In this document: positions 8,342 through 16,070 of the stretch, piece by piece
Layout: every line of letters begins with the position of its first letter
How positions within the stretch are numbered: the first letter of the stretch is position 1
Program-made: the position numbers and the translations under genes
Notes under the pieces: model-generated
The model's input: the letters and a program-made list of their open reading frames with translations, nothing else
What the model was told of the DNA's origin: nothing
The model's database searches: none
Source of the DNA: a virus
Taxonomy: Duplodnaviria; Caudoviricetes
Virus record (IMG/VR): IMGVR_UViG_3300020120_000066
Span: 1-46,720 of that record
Length of the DNA: 46,720 nucleotides
Strand: one strand, 5' to 3'

Positions 8342-8412
8342 TTGGAGACATCGCTATTTCGCTCGCGATCCTGCTCGCCCTTTCCGTTCTTTGGGAGATC
8401 ATGCACCGATGA
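8338..8412 (+). CDS. small hydrophobic peptide (24 aa)
   Basis: MIGDIAISLAILLALSVLWEIMHR; exactly fills the gap with ATGA overlaps on both sides. Confidence 0.5.
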   Translation: MIGDIAISLAILLALSVLWEIMHR

Positions 8413-9311
8413 ACACAATAACTGAACCGGGAGTGTACCATGATTTCGATGTTGCCGCGTACTTTAGCGATCCATGCCCAGGCCCGTCTGTCACGCAATC
8501 GCTCTGTAAGGTCATACTCGATCATTCGCCTTTACATGCCTGGCACCAGCATCCGCGGCTCAATCCGAATTTTCAACCCGACGACCCTACCAAGTACGAC
8601 GTGGCGCACATCGCGCACACGCTGATGCTCAATCGAGGGCGCAATCTAGTCGTGCTCGATGAGTTCGACGACTGGCGGACAAAGGACGCGCAGCGCCGGC
8701 GCGAGGAAGCAAAGGCAGAAGGTAAGCTTGCCGTGCTCGATAAGCACTTCAAGATCGCATCGGCGATGGTCAGCCGCGGGCGCGAACAGCTCGCCAGCAT
8801 ATCGGAGCCTGTTCGATTCGGACTCCTCACCGGAAATTCCGAAGTCGTGGTTGCTTGGCGCGAGAAAAAAACCTGGCGCCGGCAAATGCTCGACTGGCTG
8901 TCAAACGATCTGAACATTTATGCTGACTACAAGACGACGCAGGCGAGCGCCGCGCCGATTGGCGTTGGCCGCTACATGGCCGAATATGGGCTCGACATTC
9001 AGGCGGCAATGGCCGAACGCGGACTGGACACGACTGTCGGGATCAGTCGGCGCCGGCGCTATATGTTTGTGCTGCAGGAGACCTATGAGCCGTATTGCTT
9101 GACGATCATGGAGCTGGGCGAGGACGCGCTGACAATAGGCCGCAAGAAGCTCGATGTTGCGCTTGGCATTTGGGATCGCTGCATGGAGCGCAACAACTGG
9201 CCCGGCTATCCAGCGCATGTCATCGTGCCGGATTATCCCATTTGGCAGCAAAGCCAGTGGCTCGACCGGGAAGAAATCGAGTTTGCAGACAACATTCTGA
9301 CGGCGGGGTGA
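8409..9311 (+). CDS. RecE/exonuclease VIII-like PD-(D/E)XK exonuclease
   Basis: PGVYHD...YFSDP, SPLHAW, SEV...RQMLDWL...YADYKTT, YGLDIQAA, WPGY. Confidence 0.8.
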   Translation: MNTITEPGVYHDFDVAAYFSDPCPGPSVTQSLCKVILDHSPLHAWHQHPRLNPNFQPDDPTKYDVAHIAHTLMLNRGRNLVVLDEFDDWRTKDAQRRREEAKAEGKLAVLDKHFKIASAMVSRGREQLASISEPVRFGLLTGNSEVVVAWREKKTWRRQMLDWLSNDLNIYADYKTTQASAAPIGVGRYMAEYGLDIQAAMAERGLDTTVGISRRRRYMFVLQETYEPYCLTIMELGEDALTIGRKKLDVALGIWDRCMERNNWPGYPAHVIVPDYPIWQQSQWLDREEIEFADNILTAG

Positions 9312-9316
9312 AAAAT

Positions 9317-9664
9317 ATGAACTTATTTGAACTGCACGAGCGCATGACAGCCCACCTGTTCCAGCCCTATTCCAGCGAGGATGAGCGCTTTTTGGCGCTC
9401 GCCCTGTGCGGCGAGGCCGGCGAATTGGCAAACATGGTCAAGAAACGCTGGCGCGATGGGGCCGATCTAGCAGACGAGATACGCGACGAGATCGCCGACA
9501 TTAGGGTCTACCTCGAACTCCTCGCAAAATGCTTCGGCATCGAAGGAGAAAAGCTAGACGCTCGCGTTGAGGACAAGCTTCGTCGAGTGGCGATTAAGCA
9601 TAGATTGTGGCGATTAAGCATAGATTGGCAAAATGATCAGTTTCCGACCAGCGAAGCGCAGTGA
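9317..9664 (+). CDS. MazG-like nucleotide pyrophosphohydrolase
   Basis: LCGEAGELANMVKK...IRDEIADIRVYL (EXXE..EXXD); start ATG 9317; C-terminus altered by a 20-bp duplication. Confidence 0.85.
   Translation: MNLFELHERMTAHLFQPYSSEDERFLALALCGEAGELANMVKKRWRDGADLADEIRDEIADIRVYLELLAKCFGIEGEKLDARVEDKLRRVAIKHRLWRLSIDWQNDQFPTSEAQ
9587..9626. repeat. perfect 20-bp tandem duplication
   Basis: gtggcgattaagcatagatt x2. Confidence 0.95.
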
Positions 9665-10562
9665 AGCGAAGCCGCTGATCGGCCTCTATGCCGAGTCGGG
9701 CTGCGGTAAGACGTACAGCGCATTGCTGCTCGCGCGCGGCTTTGTCGGGCCGCAGGGCCGTATCGGCATGATCGAGACGGAGTCCGGTCGCGGCGAGGCA
9801 TACGCGGACATCGTGCCGGGCGGCTTTGACGTGCTGCCAATGCGCGGCTCGTTCTCGCCGACTGAATACGGCCAGGCCATCACCGCGGCAGAGAACGCCA
9901 AGCTCGACGCTCTGATTATCGACTCGGCGTCGCACGAATGGGAGGGTGCCGGCGGCGTTCTCGGCATGGCGGCGGAAGCGCAGGCATCCGGCAAGAGTGG
10001 CCCGCTGGTCTGGCAAAAGCCGAAGATGGATCACCAGCGACATTTCATGCTGCGGCTTCTGTCGACGCCAATTCCGCTCGTCATCGTCTGCATGCGCGCC
10101 AAGTATCCGATGATCGAGCGCAAGAAGCCGGACGGAAAGAAAGAGTGGGTAAGGTCGGAAACGCTAGAGCCCAAGCAGAGCGAGGACATTCTGTTTGAAA
10201 TGTTTGTGCATGGCTGGATTGACCGTGAGCACCGGCTGCACGTCACCAAATACACGCGGCCCGATCTCGCGCAGATTGTCCGCGACGGCGAACCGATAAC
10301 AATCGAGACGGGCGAGCGACTAGCCGCCTGGTCACGCGGATCTCCGGTAGGTCCACCGGAGACGGCGGCCCCTGCACCAGCCCCCGTTCAGCCACCCGCA
10401 GGGGCCGCCACTCTTTCGCTTGAGGACATGGCGCGCGAGGCCGCCATACGCGGCAGAGGCGCGCTAAATGCCTTCTACAAGAGTCGGTCGCCGAAAGAGA
10501 AAGAGGCTCTTAACAAAATCGGCGATGAGCTGCGCGGACTGATGGAAAATGCACCAGCTTAA
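9633..10562 (+). CDS. Sak4/AAA_24-like recombination ATPase
   Basis: Walker A AESGCGKTYSAL, IETE, Walker B LIIDSASHEW; close to the RecE-like gene. Confidence 0.85.
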   Translation: MISFRPAKRSEAKPLIGLYAESGCGKTYSALLLARGFVGPQGRIGMIETESGRGEAYADIVPGGFDVLPMRGSFSPTEYGQAITAAENAKLDALIIDSASHEWEGAGGVLGMAAEAQASGKSGPLVWQKPKMDHQRHFMLRLLSTPIPLVIVCMRAKYPMIERKKPDGKKEWVRSETLEPKQSEDILFEMFVHGWIDREHRLHVTKYTRPDLAQIVRDGEPITIETGERLAAWSRGSPVGPPETAAPAPAPVQPPAGAATLSLEDMAREAAIRGRGALNAFYKSRSPKEKEALNKIGDELRGLMENAPA

Positions 10563-10577
10563 CCAGGAGGAACCAAA

Positions 10578-11387
10578 ATGGCTAAGCAGACTAAAGAGTC
10601 TCTAAAGATCGTCAGCACCAAAGAGCAGGTCGAAGTAAAAAAGTTTGATACTAAGCTCGGGAACATCATCGTAATTCCGGGCGTGGAAACAAAAACGCTG
10701 ATGACCTTACTCATTGGCGAGACGCCGCTGATCGTGCACAATTTCTCGCAGAAGCACCGCGACCAAATCCTCAAGAAACACATGGGGGAGGCCAGCGGTG
10801 GCCGTCAGAAGAAGGACCCGGTCGCCAACTTCGAGGCGGCGAAGTATGTCAGCGTCGATGGCTGGGAGGGCATCAAAGCGTCTGGATTAAAGGGCATGCT
10901 TGTCAAGGGCTTTAGCAAAGAGAGTGGCGTACCGAGGACGAAAGCCAAGGGCAGCGTCTATGTGCAAGCAGATTGCATCGAGACAAATCTGGTCCGGCTT
11001 ATCTATCCCAAAGAGCCCAAACATATCGCGAAGCGCCCGCATTTTCCGAATGAAATCGGTCGCGTGCCGCGGTGTCGTGAGGATGTGGTGCGCAACGAAA
11101 GCGGCGTCGTGGATATCCGGCACCGGCCGGAATACTGGCCCTGGGCGGTCTTGTTGCGCATCAAGTTCATCCCGACCGTTTGTTCCGAGAAGCAACTGCT
11201 GCAAGCACTAGCGGTCGCGGGCATGACAGACGGTCAATGCGAATGGCGCCCAGGTTCAAAGAACTCGGACACTGGTACGTTTGGTCAGTGCCGCATGGCT
11301 ACTGAGGAAGAGGTGCAGCTTTTCGAGCGCGATCAGCTTTTCTCTGATTACAAATGGGATCGCGTGATCCAGGAAGCAGCTGAGTAA
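10578..11387 (+). CDS. solitary RAMP/Cas7-like RNA-binding protein (Vipr-like), linked to the downstream pentamer array
   Basis: RAMP-like motifs in the expected order: TLLIGETPLIVH (beta1), GIKASGLKGML (cf. IPGSSLKG), C-terminal Gly-rich loop AGMTDGQCEWRP...GTFG; RBS AGGAGG. Confidence 0.7.
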   Translation: MAKQTKESLKIVSTKEQVEVKKFDTKLGNIIVIPGVETKTLMTLLIGETPLIVHNFSQKHRDQILKKHMGEASGGRQKKDPVANFEAAKYVSVDGWEGIKASGLKGMLVKGFSKESGVPRTKAKGSVYVQADCIETNLVRLIYPKEPKHIAKRPHFPNEIGRVPRCREDVVRNESGVVDIRHRPEYWPWAVLLRIKFIPTVCSEKQLLQALAVAGMTDGQCEWRPGSKNSDTGTFGQCRMATEEEVQLFERDQLFSDYKWDRVIQEAAE

Positions 11388-11389
11388 GA

Positions 11390-12627
11390 GCAAGGCAGTG
11401 CACTGCACAGTACAGCAAGGCAATGGCGGGACAGCATGGCAACGCATTGCATCGGCAGGAACGCATTGGCGGGCAGAGGAACGCAAGGCATAGGCGAGCA
11501 CTGCAATGGCAGGAGAGTGCCGGCGCGCAAGGCAGAGCAAAGCAGTGGTGAGCAGCGGACAGCAATGGCAGGAACGCACAGGATGGCAACGCATCGCATC
11601 GCATCGGCTTGCAAAGCATCACATGGCAATGGCAGGAGCGCATTGGCACGCACGGCATCGCACAGCATCGCATGGCATCGCATCGGCAGGAGCGCAGCGG
11701 CTTGCAGCGGTTTGCACGGCACGGCAGCGCATCGTACGGCATAGCAATGGCAGGAGAGAAGCGGCGAGCACTGCACTGCAGCGCAATGCATGGCAGAGCA
11801 GCGGATGGCAGTGGCAGGAGGGCATCGGCATGCAGCACAATGCATCGCATCGCATCGCACCGCATTGGCAGGCAATGGCAGGACCGCACAGGAGAGCACT
11901 GCACGGCACGGCAACGCATTGTAGCGCAAGGCAGGGCAATGGCAGGAACGCACGGCATCGCAATGCAGCGCATCGCAACGCACTGCAGCGCACAGCATCG
12001 CATGGCAATGGCAGGAAGGCACCGCAAAGGCATGCAGTGCACGGCACCGCATCGCACCGCAATGCACTGCAATGGCAGGAGTGCAGCGGCGTGCAGGGGC
12101 TCGCAGCGGCGCGCAATGCATTGCAAAGCAATGCATCGGCAGGAGCGGATCGCCAGGCAAGGCATCGCATTGGCTCGCAAAGCAAAGGACTGGATTGGCA
12201 GGAGGACATCGCAGTGGCAGGAGCGCAAAGGATGGTACCGGTAAGCAAAGCAGAGCACAGCATCGCAATGGCAGGACCGCACCGCAAAGTACCGCATCGC
12301 ACTGCAACGCATTGCACCGCATTGGCAGGCAATGGCAGGACGGCAGCGCATCGGCGTGGCGTGCACGGCAAAGCGCCGCATCGCAATGGCAGGACCGCAA
12401 TGCAGTGCATAGCATCGCAGCGCACGGCAGGGCATCGCGCCGCACGGCATAGCAATGGCAGGAGTGGCTTGCACCGCATCGCAGGGCACGGCAGTGGCGA
12501 GGATGGCATCGGCAGGACCGCATTGGAGGGCATAGCATCGCAGCGCAGTGGACCGCAGTAGCAGGACGGCAGCGGCATGCAACGCAATGCACCGCAGGGC
12601 AACGTAGCGCATCGGATAGGCAGGATT
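11390..12627 (+). ncRNA. putative guide-RNA array: about 22 units of GGCA-GGA-NN-(GCA-NN)n
   Basis: About 229 pentamers (constant triplet plus variable NN); GGCAGGA-type delimiters at 11425, 11454, 11508, 11567, 11631, 11685, 11749, 11813, 11877, 11941, 12010, 12074, 12138, 12197, 12216, 12270, 12334, 12388, 12457, 12511, 12560, 12619; all spacings are 4+5n. The repeat structure is directly visible; RNA function is inferred. Confidence 0.75.
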
Positions 12628-12631
12628 GAAA

Positions 12632-13147
12632 ATGAAATACACTTGGAGCCCCGGACCTAAACTAAAACTCGAAGCGCAAGTCTTTGGCGACACCATCGCG
12701 CGATTAGCCAAAGGACGGCCCGTCGAACTCGTGCCGCCAGCGGACATCGTGGAAGAAGCAAAAAAACCTCGCAGCCCCATTCACGGCGGATGGGATTGGG
12801 ATGTGCATCATGCTGCGGAATTACATTGGCGTGAAGTTGCGCGAGGGTACGTGCAACGCCTCTGTATTGTCAGGGTTTTGGTGAAGGGTGGAGAGCCGGT
12901 AAGTGGCCGCGCCCTCTACTCAATCGCGTCAGATGGCGAGCGGGGATATGCCACTCCTGAGTTTATCAGGAGTTCTAGTGATTTGACCCTGCAAGTCCTT
13001 GAAGCCGCACGCCGCGATCTTCAAATCTATTTGCACAAATACGGACAGATAACGCACACATTCGGTAAATATATTCCGCAACTTAACAAAATCGTTGATG
13101 AAATGTCAGAGGAAATCAACGCGCTGAGCAAAAAGGCCGCGGCGTGA
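12632..13147 (+). CDS. phage hypothetical protein, candidate accessory of the RAMP/array system
   Basis: PADIVEEAKKPRSPIHGGWDWDVHHAAELHWREVAR; the last array delimiter supplies an AGGA RBS. Confidence 0.75.
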   Translation: MKYTWSPGPKLKLEAQVFGDTIARLAKGRPVELVPPADIVEEAKKPRSPIHGGWDWDVHHAAELHWREVARGYVQRLCIVRVLVKGGEPVSGRALYSIASDGERGYATPEFIRSSSDLTLQVLEAARRDLQIYLHKYGQITHTFGKYIPQLNKIVDEMSEEINALSKKAAA

Positions 13148-13554
13148 TGGAACTCCGTCGCGATCATCCCCCTCCTTGGTGTGACGCGCACACCCTTGCG
13201 TGGCTCATTTGCGTGTCGACGCGAACGATCGACAATTGGGTTGCGCAAGGATTATTGCCGCCGCCGAGGAAAAGGGGCGGGAAGCGTTTCTGGCAGTGGA
13301 GTGAGGTTGACGCCGCGCTCAAGGGCGGCGAAGCTAACGCCGATCAGGCGGGGAGAATCCGCGATGCCACGAGGAAAGCGGCGGCCGAACTCAAACCATA
13401 TCGTGCAGAGCTTTGGCGACCTGACCCGCAAGGTGATGGACCCGAAACAAAATCCAAAATGGGCGAGATACAGTCGATCGACGCAGATCGGATGGGGAAG
13501 CGCCCTGATGTTCATGGCTCGCCCGGACACCCTCGGCTCGTTACCTCTCGATGA
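13144..13554 (+). CDS. excisionase-like (AlpA/MerR-type HTH) protein
   Basis: LAWLICVSTRTIDNWVAQGLLPPPRKRGGKRFWQWSEVDAAL; directly upstream of and overlapping the integrase. Confidence 0.75.
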   Translation: MMELRRDHPPPWCDAHTLAWLICVSTRTIDNWVAQGLLPPPRKRGGKRFWQWSEVDAALKGGEANADQAGRIRDATRKAAAELKPYRAELWRPDPQGDGPETKSKMGEIQSIDADRMGKRPDVHGSPGHPRLVTSR

Positions 13555-14302
13555 GATAAGACCGAGCCTCGTCCAAGGATTCTTCGACGGTATTGCCGAT
13601 CGCCCTGGAAAGTGCGGGCAGGCAATGGGTGCCCTAAAAGCACTAGAAAAATTTGCACTCGTTCGCGATTTGCTGCCGAGACAGATTACGCTAGGCGTCG
13701 AGATTGCGAAGTCGGACGGCGGTCACATTCCTTGGACGGACGAACAGGTGGCGATTGCCGAGGCCCATGCTCGGCCTGACTTGGCGCGAGCTGTGACGCT
13801 GGCGGCAAACACCGGGCAGCGCGGCTCCGATCTCGTCCGCATGTGCTGGACCGACATTGATGTATTCCGGGGAGTGCGTGGAATTTATGTAAAATCGACG
13901 GTAAAGGTCGGCATACAGGTATTTCTGCCCATCCCCGCCGAACTTGAAGCGGCCATGCAGACTTGGCAGCGGGAACCGGGACCGTTCCTTCGACGGCTCG
14001 ACGGACGGCCTTGGGCCCGCAAGGACTTGACTATGACGTGGATGTGGGAGCGCCGGCGCAATCCAGCCTTGGCCGAGCATCGCGCAATCCCGCTCGTCCT
14101 GCATGGACTTCGCGGCTATGCTTGCGTGCGCCTACGCCGCGCCGGGGCAACGGAATCTCAGATCGCCGACGCTGTCGGCATGAGTGTAAAAATGGTCGAC
14201 AAATACTGTCGGTTCAGCATACAAAAAGAGAACGCGGTTGCCGCTATTCACCATCTGTCCCGCGCGAATAAACTGAAAACCCAAGGTGGGACAGGCGCTT
14301 AG
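13364..14302 (+). CDS. int: tyrosine recombinase/integrase
   Basis: TGQRGSD (R), LHGLR (HxxR), GMS...VDKY (Y); ATG 13364 with GGGGAG RBS. Confidence 0.88.
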   Translation: MPRGKRRPNSNHIVQSFGDLTRKVMDPKQNPKWARYSRSTQIGWGSALMFMARPDTLGSLPLDEIRPSLVQGFFDGIADRPGKCGQAMGALKALEKFALVRDLLPRQITLGVEIAKSDGGHIPWTDEQVAIAEAHARPDLARAVTLAANTGQRGSDLVRMCWTDIDVFRGVRGIYVKSTVKVGIQVFLPIPAELEAAMQTWQREPGPFLRRLDGRPWARKDLTMTWMWERRRNPALAEHRAIPLVLHGLRGYACVRLRRAGATESQIADAVGMSVKMVDKYCRFSIQKENAVAAIHHLSRANKLKTQGGTGA

Positions 14303-14418
14303 TCTTACTGGATTGTTATGACAAAGCCGATAAAACTAGAACATAATCAATATGTTAGCCGAATGGCGCGCGTCGTAACGAACGCAGAATCCAGCAAACG
14401 AACGCAAGGAGATGGCAA
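14303..14418. other. putative attP region
   Basis: AT-richer gap after int; inverted repeat AACATA-N5-TATGTT (14340-14356); direct repeats AACGAACGCA at 14377 and 14397. Confidence 0.45.
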
Positions 14419-14577
14419 ATGAGTCCGCTCGGCATCGTCCTGATCGTCATCCTTATCGTGCTGCTGTTCGGCGGCGGGTACGGCTACTACGGCGGGCACA
14501 TCGGCACTGGCGGCATCGGCATCGTCGGCATCATCCTGATCGTCCTGCTCGTGCTACTGCTGCTCGGCAGGGTTTGA
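14419..14577 (+). CDS. DUF3309-like small two-TM Gly-rich membrane protein (52 aa)
   Basis: Read by hand: MSPLGIVLIVILIVLLFGGGYGYYGGHIGTGGIGIVGIILIVLLVLLLLGRV; AAGGAG RBS. Confidence 0.8.
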   Translation: MSPLGIVLIVILIVLLFGGGYGYYGGHIGTGGIGIVGIILIVLLVLLLLGRV

Positions 14578-14611
14578 TGCACTTATGAGCGGCTGCGTAT
14601 AGGAGCGGTTG

Positions 14612-14773
14612 ATGCCAACAACTCTTGATCTGCTTATCGCGTTTCGCGGGGGCTACCCAGACAACTGTGATTGGTGCGGTAAGCCCATAGGTGACTGCCC
14701 CGTTCCCGAAGAAGCTGATCAGTGGATTTGTTTAGAGTGTGAAAAAGCTACTCGCAAATCCGAAACGAAATAG
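14612..14773 (+). CDS. small zinc-finger protein (53 aa)
   Basis: Read by hand: ...NCDWCGKP...WICLECEK; AGGAG RBS at 14601. Confidence 0.65.
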   Translation: MPTTLDLLIAFRGGYPDNCDWCGKPIGDCPVPEEADQWICLECEKATRKSETK

Positions 14774-14778
14774 GAGCA

Positions 14779-14994
14779 TTGCCCATAATGGAATATCAAG
14801 TTGTGTACGACATTAAGAGCAGCCTCCCACAATTACAGCACTGGTTGAATCACATGGCCAGGGACGGTTGGACGTTGGCTTATATTAACGCGAATACCAG
14901 ATACCTGGTGTTTCAGCGGGTCACTTCGGAACCGCATGACCACGAGGTAATCTATGTCAATGTGCCCAACCAGCTGGACTATCCGCCTAGTTAG
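14779..14994 (+). CDS. DUF4177-like small protein
   Basis: MEYQVV...LNHMARDGWTLA...LVFQR pattern. Confidence 0.6.
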   Translation: MPIMEYQVVYDIKSSLPQLQHWLNHMARDGWTLAYINANTRYLVFQRVTSEPHDHEVIYVNVPNQLDYPPS

Positions 14995-15244
14995 ATAAGA
15001 AGCGCCCATGCCGCTTTGGAAAAAATGGATTTGGGCGCTGATGGGCTTTGTAATCTTGTCGCCTTTGGTAATGTTCTGTATGGGTTATATTCTGGATGTG
15101 TTCACAAAATAGACGCTCACAGAAATAGGAGCGGCCATGATCGGCTTTTGCGATGACTGCAATGCGTGGACACGGACGACAAGCGGGCTGCATTACAAGG
15201 GGCACGGATGGGGTTGGGTTTGTGATCCGCATTTTGCTCGTCAT
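14987..15244 (-). CDS. hypothetical Cys/His-containing protein
   Basis: ORF track; end of the late operon. Confidence 0.4.
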   Translation of the reverse strand: MTSKMRITNPTPSVPLVMQPACRPCPRIAVIAKADHGRSYFCERLFCEHIQNITHTEHYQRRQDYKAHQRPNPFFPKRHGRFLSN

Positions 15245-15297
15245 GTCGGCGCCGCTCTTTGGTTTTGGCTATAGTCACGCGAGAGCTACCCAGACGG

Positions 15298-15747
15298 CTA
15301 ATGGCGTCCAAGTAAATAGATGGCGATTGTTACAGCCGGGGCGACAAGCGCGATGGCAATTCCGATGATCCATAGCGTGGTGCGGGATTGCGCGGCGCTT
15401 GCGGAGACGAGGGATACAAAACGCTGCTCTAGTTCGACGACGCGGTTGGTGAGTGTTTCTTGTCTGGTTATGAGCGCGGCGTGCTGGACGGCATAGATCT
15501 CTTTTTCTAAGTATCTCGCGGTCTGGTCCTCAAGGGCGGCGCGGAACTCGTTGATCTGAGCGAAGTGCTTCTGATTGGCCGCGTCCGCCTTGTCGATGGC
15601 TTTCTCGGCAGAAGCAAATGCAGCGGAGACCGCCTTCTCCATCGACGCGAAGCGGTCCTTAGTTCTTTCCTCACGCTCGTCGAGGAGATGATGCAACGCA
15701 ATGATGCGCGCGCTCAAAGCGTCGCACTTGTCCCCCAAATCCGTCAT
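15298..15747 (-). CDS. coiled-coil protein with C-terminal TM (lysis module)
   Basis: Heptad-like helices and a C-terminal hydrophobic helix. Confidence 0.7.
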   Translation of the reverse strand: MTDLGDKCDALSARIIALHHLLDEREERTKDRFASMEKAVSAAFASAEKAIDKADAANQKHFAQINEFRAALEDQTARYLEKEIYAVQHAALITRQETLTNRVVELEQRFVSLVSASAAQSRTTLWIIGIAIALVAPAVTIAIYLLGRH

Positions 15748-16058
15748 TTCATTGCAGCTCGGCGCAGGCTGTTGACAGCCGCGAGGACGGCGGCGGAAGC
15801 GTCGCGGTACTGCTGGTCGGTCAGCTCGCCCTCGTGCCCGACTGACCGTAGCGCGGCGTGCAAGCCTGCCACGGCCGATTTCTCGCGACCGGCAAGCTCT
15901 TGGTCCGCGCTGCCATCCGCGGCGCGGATGATGTCGATGGAGCCCTGGCGCCAGATGGTCGGCGACTGTAGCGCGGCCATCTTGGCCTTGAACCAGCTTT
16001 GGCCCTTGGCATAAGCCTCAAGGGCAACCGCGCCTGCGTCGATTTCGTTGTTGGTCAT
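15744..16058 (-). CDS. hypothetical protein
   Basis: GGAG RBS; ATGA overlap downstream. Confidence 0.65.
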   Translation of the reverse strand: MTNNEIDAGAVALEAYAKGQSWFKAKMAALQSPTIWRQGSIDIIRAADGSADQELAGREKSAVAGLHAALRSVGHEGELTDQQYRDASAAVLAAVNSLRRAAMK

Positions 16059-16070
16059 GTCAAAGTCTCC

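Noticed and set aside
11390-12627. Canonical CRISPR array or simple microsatellite
   Set aside because: There are no 23-50-bp identical repeats with unique spacers and no cas1/2/6; NN diversity and the delimiter hierarchy do not fit a slippage satellite.
11256-12780. Long Cys/Ala/Arg-rich ORFs on both strands (up to 493 aa)
   Set aside because: They are by-products of the stop-poor GCA-NN repeat: several frames are open at once, the 5-nt period is incompatible with codon structure, and none resembles a protein family.
14330-14362. dif-like XerCD site (ACATAA...TATGTTA)
   Set aside because: The spacing between the arms is too short for the 11-6-11 dif layout; kept only as an attP candidate.
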